64,000 nt of DNA from the human T2T-CHM13v2.0 reference genome, Homo sapiens: the NCBI RefSeq assembly GCF_009914755.1, contig NC_060937.1; one strand, given 5' to 3'. Under the pieces are notes generated by a model, which was not told the DNA's origin, did no database searches, and was given only the letters and a program-made list of their open reading frames with translations. The translations under genes and the position numbers were made by a program. This document shows positions 52,051-64,000 of the stretch, piece by piece; the first letter of the stretch is position 1, and each line of letters starts with the position of its first letter.

Positions 52051-52470
52051 GAAGACAGCTCTGATTTTGGGGGGTCATCTCTGGTTGCCTCAGCACAAGC
52101 ACTGCTCTTTGGCTGCTCTGGCACTTCTTCCTCTTTTTCTGCCAGCCCACCAAGAGACCCCAAGGGAAAAGTGCTTTCACAATTCTGGGTTGAGGAGACC
52201 TGTGAAATGACAGGCATTTGAACAGAGGAGTTGCTTTCAAAACCGTGTTCTCCAAGATCATATTGAACAAGGGTCTCTTCTTGTTCCTGGTTTAAGTAGT
52301 CCGGTACTAGGAAATCACTTCATGCTTTAGGCGATGCATCTTTAGCGAGTAAGCCCTGGTGAACTTTTTCCCACAGCGGTCACACTGAAATGGTTTAATT
52401 CCTGAGTGGATGAGCATAGTGCTTGTGCTGAGGCAACCAGAGATGACCCCCCAAAATCAGAGCTGTCTTC
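52051..52470. repeat. Perfect 53-bp inverted repeat with a 314-bp spacer
   Basis: 52051-52103 is the exact reverse complement of 52418-52470. Confidence 0.97.
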
Positions 52471-53443
52471 TATAACTATTGAGTAGTTTTGTGCTTTGGC
52501 TTCAGTTTTGTTTTTTGGAAAGTGCCTGTGCTTGGTCTTGTACATTTAAATTTAATTTAATTTTTTAAACAAAAAAAGCCAGGTGGGAGGGAGGGGGAGA
52601 TTGGGAAAGAATTTCCCTTTTTACTTTCTGAGACCTGAAACTGATTTTATTTTTCCTAACTGAGAGATTGCTTCTGTAAGTACACAATAACATGATGTTG
52701 AAACAGAAACTATGAGACTTAAGGAGAACTGGTTGACTTAAAACATATACCAGTTCCTCCTTCCATTGTTAAAAGTAGGCTAACAGATCATTAGCTGGAG
52801 AGGAAATCAGATGATTATTGACCTTCTTGAGACAAGAGGGTACATGAGAAACTAATTACTAAACAGCTTGACAAATGGCCTGAGTAGATACTTACTGCTG
52901 TACACAGGATGTTGTATAATATTTTGTAAAGCCTGTTGTTTTTGGAAGTATTTATGGTAAGCTTTCTTAAAAATTATTATGGTAAATACTTCTGAAATCC
53001 GGCGTACTTTTCTTTAAGCTTTGTCATTTCTGTTATGATTTTTCATGGTGAAATTTTGGTACTGAGATGGGCATTCTCTGTACCTTTATAGTACCACTCC
53101 AAAGGCAAGGAACCATGATTGACAACAGTCAAGCTGTGGATGAAATGACCAGGAACGGAGAATGAAGTATGTAAATCCCAGCTTCATAGGAACTCTTCTC
53201 ATACTGCTTTTCAGATTAAAATTGCTGTTTACCTGGTCTCCCAATGTAATGCCTGACTGTGTCATTGCCCGGATCAGTTTTCCCCCTGCCCCATCAATAT
53301 GTTCTCTTGCATATATTGGCGTGCTGCCATACAAAGTAAAAATATTGGAGATATTCTATATTTTATATATAGGTTTATGTGTTGTTGGGGATGTTTTCAT
53401 TGTGCTGTTTTGCACATAATAAATAATTCTCTATTGAGAAAAA
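52054..53443 (+). pseudogene. ZBTB44: Processed 5'-truncated retrocopy of a ZBTB44-like mRNA with a 5' inversion
   Basis: 17-bp TSD aaaaatggtgacatgaa (52037-52053, 53444-53460) at a tt|aaaa site; AATAAA at 53418-53423 and a short poly(A). The inverted part encodes [33 protein letters not shown] (C2H2 finger) and [18 protein letters not shown]...PPKSELS; the sense part ends SELSSITIE*. I recall these peptides as the ZBTB44 C-terminus; the symbol names the parent gene. Confidence 0.88.
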
Positions 53444-53813
53444 AAAAATGGTGACATGAAAATGGAGTAGAAAATATGTCTGAAAGTTTGCAGAGCAAGA
53501 AATTGGTGGCTGAGAGGATATGGTGGTGGAAATGAAAGATAACAAAGATGATACCAAAGAATAGACTGAATCAATATCATTAACATTAAATAAAATCATT
53601 GTCAGAGTGTCTGAAAATTAAAGGAGAATAAGGTTTGAGGAGGAGCTATTAAATTAGGTGATTACATAGTCAGCCAATGAATAATTATGAGCACCAACTC
53701 TGCACCAGCCAAGATATAAAGGGGATAATGTGAGGCACCGGTCAGAGAAAGTCCCTGGCCTTAAAGGGTTTATATTCTTGTTTGTAGAGATAGATAATAA
53801 GCACTTAAACATA

Positions 53814-54405
53814 CAGTAAGTCCTCACTTAACATCCTCAGGAGGCTCTTGAAAACTACAACTTTAAGTAAAAGTGTGTATAACAAAACCTATTTTACCAT
53901 AGGCTAATTGATATCAACAAGAGTTACGTTCTTACAGCATATTTCTGATCACAAAAACATCACCAAACTTTATAGAGACTCAATATGCTTCTAATATTAA
54001 ACATTGTAATAAATGTGAACTGTATATACACTTAAAATAGATTAATAAAAACAAGTAAGACAGTTATTTCTTTTTAACTTTTATTTTAGGTTCAGGATAC
54101 ATATTCAGGTTTGTTACAGAGCCAAATTGTGTAGCACAGGGGTTTGGTATACAGATTATTTCATCACCCAAGTAATAAGCATAGTGCCCAGTAGGTAATT
54201 TTTTTATCTTCTCTTTCCTCACAATCTCCACCCTCAAGTAGACTGTGGTATCTGTTGTTCCCTTAAGATAATTATTTATTTAACCAAGTTTTGGTGAAGC
54301 AGTTAGTGACAGCAGTTGATAATGGTAGTAGGTTAAATCAATGAGTAAATATTTGCAAAGCAAACATTGCAAGGAGCACTTCCAACTACCATACAGTTCA
54401 AAAAC
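53814..54405 (+). mobile_element. MER82 (TcMar-Tigger), left part only, interrupted by a short L1 3' end
   Basis: TA then cagtaagtcctcacttaac...ttttaccataggctaattgatat...cacaaaaacatcaccaaactt; resumes at 54264 and runs to cagttcaaaaac. Confidence 0.8.
54070..54263 (-). mobile_element. Short L1PA13-16-type 3' end (about 195 bp) with TSD
   Basis: ttttaacttttattttaggttcagg...atttcatcacccaagtaataagcatagt...tctccaccctcaagtag; TSD taagacagttattt / taagataattattt. Confidence 0.8.
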
Positions 54406-55900
54406 TACTTTAGATTTCATATGGAACCAAAAAAGAGCCCACATAGCCAAGACAATCCTACGCAAAAAGAACAAAGTTGGAGGCATCACACTACCTGACT
54501 TCAAACTATACTACAAGGCTACAGTAACCAAAACAGCATGGTACTGGTACCAAAACAGATGTACAGAACAATGGAACAGAACAGAGGCCTCAGAAATAAC
54601 ACCACACATCTACAACCATCTGATCTTTGACAAACCTGACAAAAACAAGCAATGGGGAATGGATTCCCTATTTAATCAATGGTGTTGGGAAAATGGCTAG
54701 CCATATGCAGAAAACTGAAATTGGACCCCTTCCTTACAGCTTATACAAAAATTAACTCGAGATGGATTAAACACTTAAACGTAAGACATAAAACCATAAA
54801 AACCCTAGAAGAAAACCTGAGCAATACCATTCAGGACACAGGGATAGGAAAAGACTTCAAGCCTAAAACACCAAAAGCAATGGCAACAAAAGCCAAAACT
54901 GACAAATGGGATCTAATTAAACTACAGAGCTTCTGCACAGCAAAAGAAACTATCATCAGAGTGAACAGGCAACCTACAGAATGGGAGAAAAATTTTGCAA
55001 TCTATCTACCTGACAAAGGGTTAATATCCAGAATCTACAAGGAATTTAAATTTACAAGAAAAAAAAAAATCCCATCAAAAAGTGGGTGAAGGATATGAAC
55101 AGACACTTCTCAAAAGAAGAAATTTATGTGGCTGACAAACATATGAAAAAAAGATCATCACTGGTCATTAGAGAAATGCAAATCAAAACCACAATGAGAT
55201 GACATCTCACGCCAGTTAGGATGGTGATCATTAAAAAGTCAGGAATCAAGGGATGCTGGAGAGAATGTGGAGAAATAGGAACGCTTTTACACTGTTGGTG
55301 GGAGTGTAAATTAGTTCAACCATTGTGGAAGACAGTGTGGAGATTCCTCAAGGATCTAAAACCAGAAACACCATTTGACTCAGCAATCCCATTACTGGGT
55401 ATATACCCAAAGGATAAATCATTCTACTATAAAGACATATGCACACATGTGTTCATTGTGGCACTGTTCACAATAGCAAAGACTTGGAACCAATCCAAAT
55501 GCCCACCAATGATTGACTGGATAAAGAAAATGTGGCACATATACACAATGGGATACTATGCAGCCATAAAAATGAATGAGTTCATGTCCTTTGCAGGGAC
55601 ATGGATGAAGCTGGAAACCATCATTCTCAGCAAACTAACAGAAGAACAGAAAACCAAACACTGCATGTTCTCATTCATAAGTGGGAGTTGAACAATGAGA
55701 ACACAGGGACACAGGGAGGGGAACATCACACACTGAGGCCTATCGGGGGTGGGGTCTAGGGGAGGGATAGCATTGGAGAAATACCTAATGTAGATGACGG
55801 GTTGGTGGGTGCAGCAAACCACTACGGCATGTATATACCTATGTAACAAACCTGCATGTTCTGCACATGTATCCCAGAACTTAAAGTATAATAAAAAATA
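54400..55900 (+). mobile_element. 5'-truncated L1PA7-like element (ORF2 3' part with frameshifts, plus 3' UTR)
   Basis: ORF2 pieces in three ORF-track entries; 3' UTR gcagcaaaccac...gtaacaaacctgcatgttctgcacatgtatcccagaacttaaagtataataaaa. No TSD found. Confidence 0.9.
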
Positions 55901-57899
55901 ATTAAGAATGTATGAGAACAAAGAATAAGATGACAGGAAAAATACAGAGAAAATGTAAGATGGGAAATACCTGAGGGAATATGAGTTGGGAAATCAATTG
56001 GGCTTTTTGTTTGTTTTTGCCAATGGTTTTACTCATCTTAGTGAGGATGAAAGAAAGATCTGGATCTGTGAATGGGTTTCCAGGTCTGAAGATAGAGAAA
56101 CAATTTTTGGAATGGCAGCTATGAGGAACATGACCAACAACCATAGCAACTAACTTGCAGGGTATGCTGAGAACCCATAAAACATTACAAGCCATACATT
56201 TTTGGAGCACCTAATCAGCTTGACTTTCTCTGGCAATCCGAGAGCAAAAAATATTGAATATTTAGGTTGTGGAACAAAATTAATTCATGATTTAATGGGA
56301 AAATATGGCAGCAAGTCGAGAACATTAGGTATTTTAAAGTGTTGTTGAAATGAATGGCAAGAAAAAAGAAATCAGAATCACAGGGATAAGCCATGGTCAG
56401 TGACAGAAATGACAAGCAAATGAAGAGTAAGGTAGTTGGAAAAATGGTCAATAAGAAGATTGTAGGCAGAAAGAAATAGTCAAAACTAGGATATAGGGTT
56501 ACAGAAGTTCCTAGAATTAAAGTAGTCAGAATGAGGTGTTAGACCTTAATTAAAAATATTCTGCATGGGAAGCATTTCAAAAAAATACTTTTCAAATTTC
56601 AATCTATCATGTATTTACAGGTCTCTATGTGAAATCTTAAGGTGCTAATTAAAGCCTTTATAAACATTTGCACATAGTAATTTCATAATTATTTGAGGAA
56701 ATATGGAGAAGCACTTCATCTTTTGAACACTGTTTCTGCAAATGATTGTTACTAATGTGAAGTTATAAAAAGGAAATTTCAGATGTCTTCTCTGTACAAT
56801 TGACAACAGTCTTTTTTTTTTTTTGGCCAGAAAAGGAGGATGTGATTGGATTATGGACTACAAGATTCCTAAATGTGCCTCATGCTATATATATGATGAT
56901 TGAAGTAAATTTCTTTACCCTCAGGATTTGGTGATCAACTTGAGGAACAAATAGAAATTAAAGAAATAGAAAAGAACATTTTCTTCTAATATTGTGCTTC
57001 TTAGTTGAGAAAATGAACTTTTAAGAGCTATATTATTTTGACTGGAAGAAACAAGAATCTGGCAAAGCAGCAGGTGGTTATCGTTTTGAAACACAAAAAT
57101 AAACACAAATTCCCATACTTAAAGTTCAAAGTGTTTCTTTGAATTTAGTCCAACTGAGTATCAGTGTCTCTTGAGTATTGGTGTCCATGGGTGAGCTCTG
57201 AAATGCTAATACCATGACTGACTTCATTACTCTGGAGCACATAGTCAAAGTCCTAAATTATAGAATAAGAAAATATCTTATGCCTTTTTACCCTATAAAA
57301 GACACACTTCTGAAAGCAACATCCACTGGTGAACACCCAGTGGAAACACTGTGGTGATAATGGAACCAAAACATTTCATAATACCAATTCCTATGCACGC
57401 TTTACCTCACCTGAGCAGCACAAACTATAGTCCTGAGGTCTCCCCAGAATAATATCTCTATTTTAGATGAATTACAGAATATGCAATGGGCTAAATTGCT
57501 CAGGCCAATTTGGTCACATCACTATAGATACATTTATTTCATTAATTTTCTTCTACAATGGAAGATTTTTTTCTCTCCTTTTCTAGAATGCACAGTAAAT
57601 TCCTCTTCTGACTATAATTAGGAAGTTCTGCAAAATGCTTCATGGTCTTCTATGATAGGTATAAAACAGAAGCAGATGGATCAGGGCCTAAAAATAACAC
57701 AACACGAGAAGACATCATTCATGCAGAGCACAGTGCTCTGTCCCAGGTGGTGTCATTCACATTATATTCTGTGTTGTGCAACAGAGTGTCTCTGTGGGGA
57801 ACAGATGACAGATGAGCTTACCAGGTAAGTGTACATGATCAAACATTTGCCATGAGAAACAGGTTGTCTATTCATCATGAAATATAGAAAGAGCAAACA

Positions 57900-58085
57900 C
57901 TTACATAACACCAACTTATACCAGGCATTCTTTTAACCCTATGGGAAACATAACATTACTATTTCATTTTACACATGAGGAAACCAAAATAAAGACAGAT
58001 TACATACCTTTACCCATGGTCATAAAGCTAATAAGCGGTAGAGCCAAGATTTGAAATAAGATAGTCTGCTTTCAGAATCTGGGCT
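57900..58085 (-). mobile_element. MIR fragment
   Basis: cattttacacatgaggaaacc...cccatggtcataaagctaataagcggtagagccaagatttgaa. Confidence 0.7.
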
Positions 58086-59730
58086 CATCTGTTTATTAGA
58101 GATCAGTTTTTTCCCCAAAATAAAAGGAAAATAACAAAAAAGCTTAGAGCGCTTGAGTTCTGCAATGAAAGGTTTAGTACTAGATTTATGATCCAAGCTT
58201 GGTTTTCCAAAAGCAAGCACTGGATATATCGTCTGCCAACTTTTAAAAATATAAGACAAAATAAATTGACAGTGGCACCTGAGAGAGCAAATTTAATTAT
58301 ACAGTAATTATTCCTTCCTTCATAATACAATAACATCAAATCTGCACAAAAAATAAAACAACTGAAAGGGTTTCTTCAATGGTAATTACCACAACCTAGT
58401 TTTTATTTCCCATCTCTTTCTTTTAAAACTGAAAGAAAAGTATGAGCTTTATTGTGCAATTGGTTTCTTTACTTTTAAACACAAGGATAAAGTTGAAATT
58501 AATAAATGATAACATAACAATACATGAAAACCCAGATTTATAGGGAATAAAAAATTATAAAGAGGAAGACAAATACTGGCATACTAATTTTCTATTGACT
58601 TCAGTCATATGATTCTGTATTTGGTTTTTTCTTATGTGATAATGTCTAATTAAAGTAAATTTTTCAAGAATATGAGAGACAACTACTCACAGTATTAGAA
58701 TTTTTATCACATAATTCAGATTTATCAAACACATAAACTCTCTTTCTTGAGTTAAAATAAAGCACTTCTGCTTTAAATGTGCCAGGCAACTGCATAATAT
58801 AGTTTGTTCTCCAAGATGTATCTTCTGCTTGACAATGTTCATGCATCATTCTCAGATGCTGACAGATAACATGATTGTAAAAATTTTTACAACCAAGCTA
58901 GTGAGATATGTCAAGGTTCACATAAAAGAAACTCTGGCAATTGGTAAAAGGCTTCTCAATGAAATGGAACACTCTTCCACCTGAAGTAGCTGTTGTTAAA
59001 TATTGAGAGATAAAAACATTTGGTTAGAAATTGCTTGGCAAAGTTAAAAGTAGCAATCACATTTTACAATTCAGCTTGGCCCTGCTACTTTAAGATGAAT
59101 GTCACAAACCAGAATAAAAATATTATCTTCAGAGAACAAGGGTGAAAAGTTCCGTCTTGAAAACTCTTAAGATAAAAAGATGTTTCCCACTTATGAGTAG
59201 GTTTAAAGGTGCCAAAAAGCAAATGCATTAAAGAGAACTAAAATTATTCCTATTTCGTTTAGGTTTTCTGGAGTTTGATATAGAAAACTTTAATATAACA
59301 AATATTAGAGCCACATTCTTGGCCATTAGATATTAAATATTTAGCCACATGCTGAGGCTACATGCAATTTATTTTGCTATCTCTACGGAATATTGTACAA
59401 GAGTGTTGAAAATATTATTACCACTGATATTAATATAGAACTTAATAATTAATGTCTGCAGATACTTTAGGAGTGACATCAGTCTCCAGTTGCAGGGAAG
59501 AGTATGTCCTGAGCCTGAAGCTGCGTTCTCTACTCTAAATAGCAAGTCTAGGGCACATCTGAGACAATGTTTCCCATATAAAAGTTGTTGGCATGTATAT
59601 TAGGAGATGTGTAAAATTTGGTTTTTATACCACCTTGTCTTTTATTGACCTGACAAAATTCATATTATACAAATTGAAAGGGAAATTTTAGTCAAGCCTG
59701 AAGAGTAAATTTGAGAAGCAAAAAGACAGA

Positions 59731-59800
59731 ATGTGCATGTATCTGTGTGTGTCTGTGTTTGTGTGTGTGTCTGTGTGTGTCTGTGTGTATGTGTGTGTGT
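59731..59800. repeat. Imperfect (TG)n microsatellite
   Basis: ctgtgtgtgtctgtgtttgtgtgtgtgtctgtgtgtgtctgtgtgtatgtgtgtgtgt. Confidence 0.9.
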
Positions 59801-60490
59801 ACTTACTCTATTTATTTATTGGTCTAACTAAGCCCAGGAGAATGAAAGATGCATGACTTAATAAAGAAATGTAGTATTAATAAGCACTTTTCCTTAGTCT
59901 TTGCACTAGCTGGATTTGAAGGTCAATGTGATTTTACCAAGAAATGTTGCCTATGAGAATGCATGGCAGAGAGCCAAGACTAGCAGCAAAACAGAAACAA
60001 AATAGGAAATAAAGGAGTTGGCAGTTTCTGTTCCCTGATTGCTTCTTTTCCCTTTTCTCACCTCTCTACTTAAACCTACCTTCCTGAGTCTTCTGGACCA
60101 GGAACCACTTGTTAGGGTTTTGTTCTTTTGTTTTCAAGTAATAAAAAGCCACTGCAGTTATCTCCTCTGGGGGAAAAGGAAGTTGAATATAAGGATGCTC
60201 AGTTGAAGAACTGAGGTACTGTGCAAACTCTTCTTTCTCTTTTCATTTGCCTTTCTTCAGCTCCATTTCTGTGTATATCTCTCTTTTCCTCTCTCCACCT
60301 CTTCATAGCTTTTCTGCTTCCTTATAATTTCAATTTGCACATAGCTTTGGATAGCCACGGTCCCGATCTATAACATCCCTTCAAAAAGAGAATTCCTTTT
60401 TTGTTTTCGATTCAGATTCCCAAGACAAGGAATGTGGTTAGCTCAATTCATTCTTTTATGTCTAGTCTTGATTCATACATATTTGGTCAG

Positions 60491-60903
60491 TATTATCAAA
60501 TGAATTCTGTGCCACAAAAACATATGAAGTCCTAACCCCCAATACCTGTGAATGCAACCTTATTTGAAAATAGGATCTTTGCTGATGTAATTGAGTTAAG
60601 ATGAGGTCATTAGGGTGGACCCTTAATCCATTATGACGGGTATCCTTACAAGAAGCCAGAAATTTAGACACCGGCACAGAGGGAAGATGGCTGTGGGAAG
60701 ACAGAGGCAGAGACTGGAGTCACACATCCACAAGCCAAAGAATGCTTGGGGAAGATGTAAGGAAGGATTCTCAAAGACTTCCTGCCAGCACCTTACCTGT
60801 GTACCTCTAGTCTCCAGAACAGAGAAGAAATATATTTCTGTTGTTTGTCTTAAGCAATGTAGTTTATAGACCTTTCTTATAGCAGTTCTGGAAAACTCAT
60901 ACA
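60491..60903 (+). mobile_element. MLT1B/C-like MaLR LTR
   Basis: gaagtcctaacccccaatacctgtgaatgcaaccttatttgaaaatagg...ttaagatgaggtcattagggtggacccttaatcca...gaaaactcataca. Confidence 0.82.
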
Positions 60904-61407
60904 GTCACTTTAGTCAATTGTCTAACCCTGATCCAAATATTTGAAAGGTGTCATACATCCAAAATATGACAATTTTGCCCTTTGGCTGAGCTTGCAGGAA
61001 GACATTTTCCCTTAGAAATTGTAGGAGTTGGTAGCCTGTGTCTATATCACTTGTCAAGAATGTACCTAATGGCTACTGCTAGTAAAAATCCCAAAAAACT
61101 AAAGTAAAGACTAATGTGTTCCTTTTCATCAGAAGTGCATGGTTTATTTCCCACTTTTTGGAAAAGAGGGAAATGTCTAAAGGAAAAAAATCAGTTATTT
61201 CTTCTAAAATTAAAACAAATGAAGTTATTTTAAACATGTTTTACCCTCTTACACAAGTTGTCATACTTCTTCTAAGAGAATTTAAATACAGAAAGAATTT
61301 TATACTTAACATTGACCATCAGTTGTCATTTCTTAAAATCTTCTGCTCTCATTAGCATCATGAAAGATACTAAAACCTAAAATAAAGTCAATAAAGAAAC
61401 AAGCATG

Positions 61408-61737
<330 letters not shown>

Positions 61738-61838
61738 TCAGTGCCCTTTATATAAACCAAAGTGGCCATGCAAACCAATGAAGGACCTATTTAGAAGCCC
61801 CCCCCCAGCTGTTTGCACTTTGGCATACTATGTCAAAA

Positions 61839-62040
61839 CAGGGTTCAGCAAATTGTGGCCTGTGGGATCAATCCAATCCCCCTCCAATTTTTGTAATATT
61901 TTATTGTAACACGGCCAAGGCCATTTATTTGCATATTGTCTGTGGCTGCTTTTGTGCCACAACTTGGGACAGAGACTGTACAGCCTCAAAGCCAAAATCC
62001 TCTACTATCTGGCTCTTTCTAGGACAATTCCAAAGACCTT
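61839..62040. mobile_element. MER58A (hAT-Charlie)
   Basis: cagggttcagcaaattgtggcctgtggg...catattgtctgtggctgctttt...cagagactgtacagcctcaaagccaaaat...tactatctggctcttt. Confidence 0.8.
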
Positions 62041-62179
62041 TCTGTTCCTTTACTCCACTACGCAAAGCCTCACCTTCTTGATTTCTCTACTTCCATATTG
62101 TCTCCCTACTTGGCTCCTTCTCTCCATCCTTAAATCAATGACCTTAAGATGACAGCTGGTTTGGGCTTGATATTTCACA

Positions 62180-63340
62180 TTTGTAATTCAACACCATCCA
62201 GGGCACAACTTCTGAATTGGGCCTTCCAGCGTCCCCCCATCAGAACTACAAACCAAAGCCTTCCTGTCACTGCTCCCACAGAGTAGCACGGCTTCCATAA
62301 GAAGACACAGCACATTGTGCTCTCTGTTCACGTAAGTCAAATGCCCACCCCTGACACTGATTAGTCTAGCTGCTGGTAACCATGAGAGAGTACTAGCTCT
62401 GCATTTGCAAATATTCTTTCCAGAGCCACTGTGGTTACTTCTCCCCATCCCACACAACCATGCTATGATTCCACTGAACTCTTTCCTCTTAATGTGTTTC
62501 TCCTTGTATAGACACTAAACTATGTTTGTGGGTCATCCAAATACATCAAATTTTAGCCCCACATCTGTCAGGGGACACAGAGTTCCCTGAAGCCTATCGG
62601 TTTGCACTTAGCCTTATCCCTGTGCAGAAAAACAGATTACTTTCCATAAAAGTGGGATGAATTAATGGAGACTGCTGGTTGATCAAGCTGCTGGTGTCCC
62701 ATCACCCGGAAGCTGGATGGTAAGAAACACACTAACTCTTACAATCCCATTCAAAGAAGTCTTCAAGGAAGTGTTAATTGTGGAATGCCCATGAGATTCT
62801 AAGCTTCCCATTGTTTCATTCTCCCACTTTCTTCCCAGTTTTTTTCAACTAAAGTTTTGATCCAAAGATAGAGGCCCAGTTGAACACATTAACATATTCT
62901 TAATCTAAACTACATCCAATTGAGTCCATATCAAATTGGCCCCAGTAAGTAGGATCAACCGGGCCAGATGGCTATACATGCATTTGGTGACAGGTCACTC
63001 TGCAGGTACCTATCCTCCCAACAGAAACTCTACCTGGAAGGAGGGGCAGATGAGCTGACCCCTGCACTGCAGCCCCACTGCATTTCACCTCTCAGCCATG
63101 GGATTAACAAGAGAGGTATCATGCCTCTACTAGAAGGCACTGATGGACTCTGAGGGATTAGGCAACTTAGAGAACCAGGCCCTGGTGCGGGTCTCAGCTG
63201 CCTGTCAAGGCCATCTCCCGTGAGTAAACTCTGATGAAAGAATTCCTTCCTCTGGGGAGAATCAACCACCCTCTGGAATCTCCTTACATAGTCCCATAAA
63301 AAACAAAGCCAATAGCCTGGGATCATCTGTCACTTACCTC
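62180..63340 (-). mobile_element. Possible very old LTR-retroelement pol remnant (RNase H / integrase-like)
   Basis: Minus-strand LISVRGGHLT resembles the integrase core I-x-SD-x-G-x-HFT, and atatggactcaattgg resembles the RNase H YTDS motif. Heavily degenerate. Confidence 0.35.
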
Positions 63341-64000
63341 TCAGACTTCCTCAAGGTCTATGCTATATTTCACTAGATAATAATTTTTCCATCAATCACT
63401 CCAGAGGTGATCACATGTATACTAAATACAACACCCTACCTTTGAGGAGGTGTTAGACATGGAGCTTGCCCTCAAATCACAAGGCAACCACAACATCTCC
63501 TGGTGCCTACAATTCAGTCAAGCCAGGTATTCTTCCCTTTAAAGCCTAAAACCCAAGATTGCAAAGACTTCAAAGAGATGAATGTCATTCAGCTCCACAA
63601 GTCATAGATATTCCAGAGCTGGACCTCCACGTTCCTTCATTCTCAGAAGATGATGGGAGGGAGATGTCCTCCCAGATACTCTTAGCAAAGTTTAATGTCT
63701 TTCAGTGCTATCTGGCCAGCAGTATGTACTAAAAATCTTTCAGAAATTAATGAAGGGACTGCTGTATTGTTTTCCTGGATGAATACTAACATGACTAGGT
63801 AGCATTTTTTTAACCTTACCACACCCTTCTGGTCTGAGATCTTAATTCTCTGTGGCAGCTTTTCATCCAGGTCAAGCCTGAGAAAAGTCTTTCAAGAGCT
63901 GCTCTCAGTTCTAAGGGCAGTTGTCTGGAATAAAGACATCCTAGAATTCCTAGATATTTTGGGAGATCATCTAATTCAACATTTTATTTGGCCCAATAAA

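Noticed and set aside
52035-52217. 60-aa ORF MPVISQ... as a functional gene
   Set aside because: It is an internal fragment of the parent's C-terminus within the inverted retrocopy and runs into the TSD.
56924-56989. Acceptor-like site followed by GFGDQLEEQ..., reminiscent of the septin GFGDQ motif
   Set aside because: The frame closes after 21 codons with no further septin similarity; probably chance.
57322-57344. Small inverted repeat tccactgg...ccagtgga
   Set aside because: An 8-bp stem is expected by chance in 64 kb.

Overview
This is AT-rich, gene-poor primate genomic DNA, very likely human given a young L1HS-like element. No intact cellular protein-coding exon, RNA gene or CpG island is recognisable. 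The window is a mosaic of repeats: old L1M and L2 fragments, MIRs, about 15 Alus, DNA transposon relics (MER75, MER2, MER5, MER82, MER58A, Charlie-like), LTRs (MER11, MST, MLT1) and ERVL internal remnants. The most informative structures are retrotransposition fossils. (1) A processed ZBTB44-like retrocopy at 52054-53443 has a 17-bp TSD, a twin-priming 5' inversion, a perfect 53-bp inverted duplication and an exon-skipped splice junction. (2) A 3.2-kb L1HS-like (ACG/A) element inserted into an AluJ has a 5' junction base that creates an in-frame ATG for an uninterrupted 982-codon ORF2 lacking the endonuclease domain. (3) A twin-primed L1PA2/3. (4) An L1PA7-like insertion that appears to have deleted half of a MER82. 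(5) Local duplications, including flank-derived copies in and beside an old L1M and a young 71-bp tandem duplication. I found no convincing wholly new biological system. Subfamily names and the ZBTB44 identification come from recalled consensus sequences, not from a database search.
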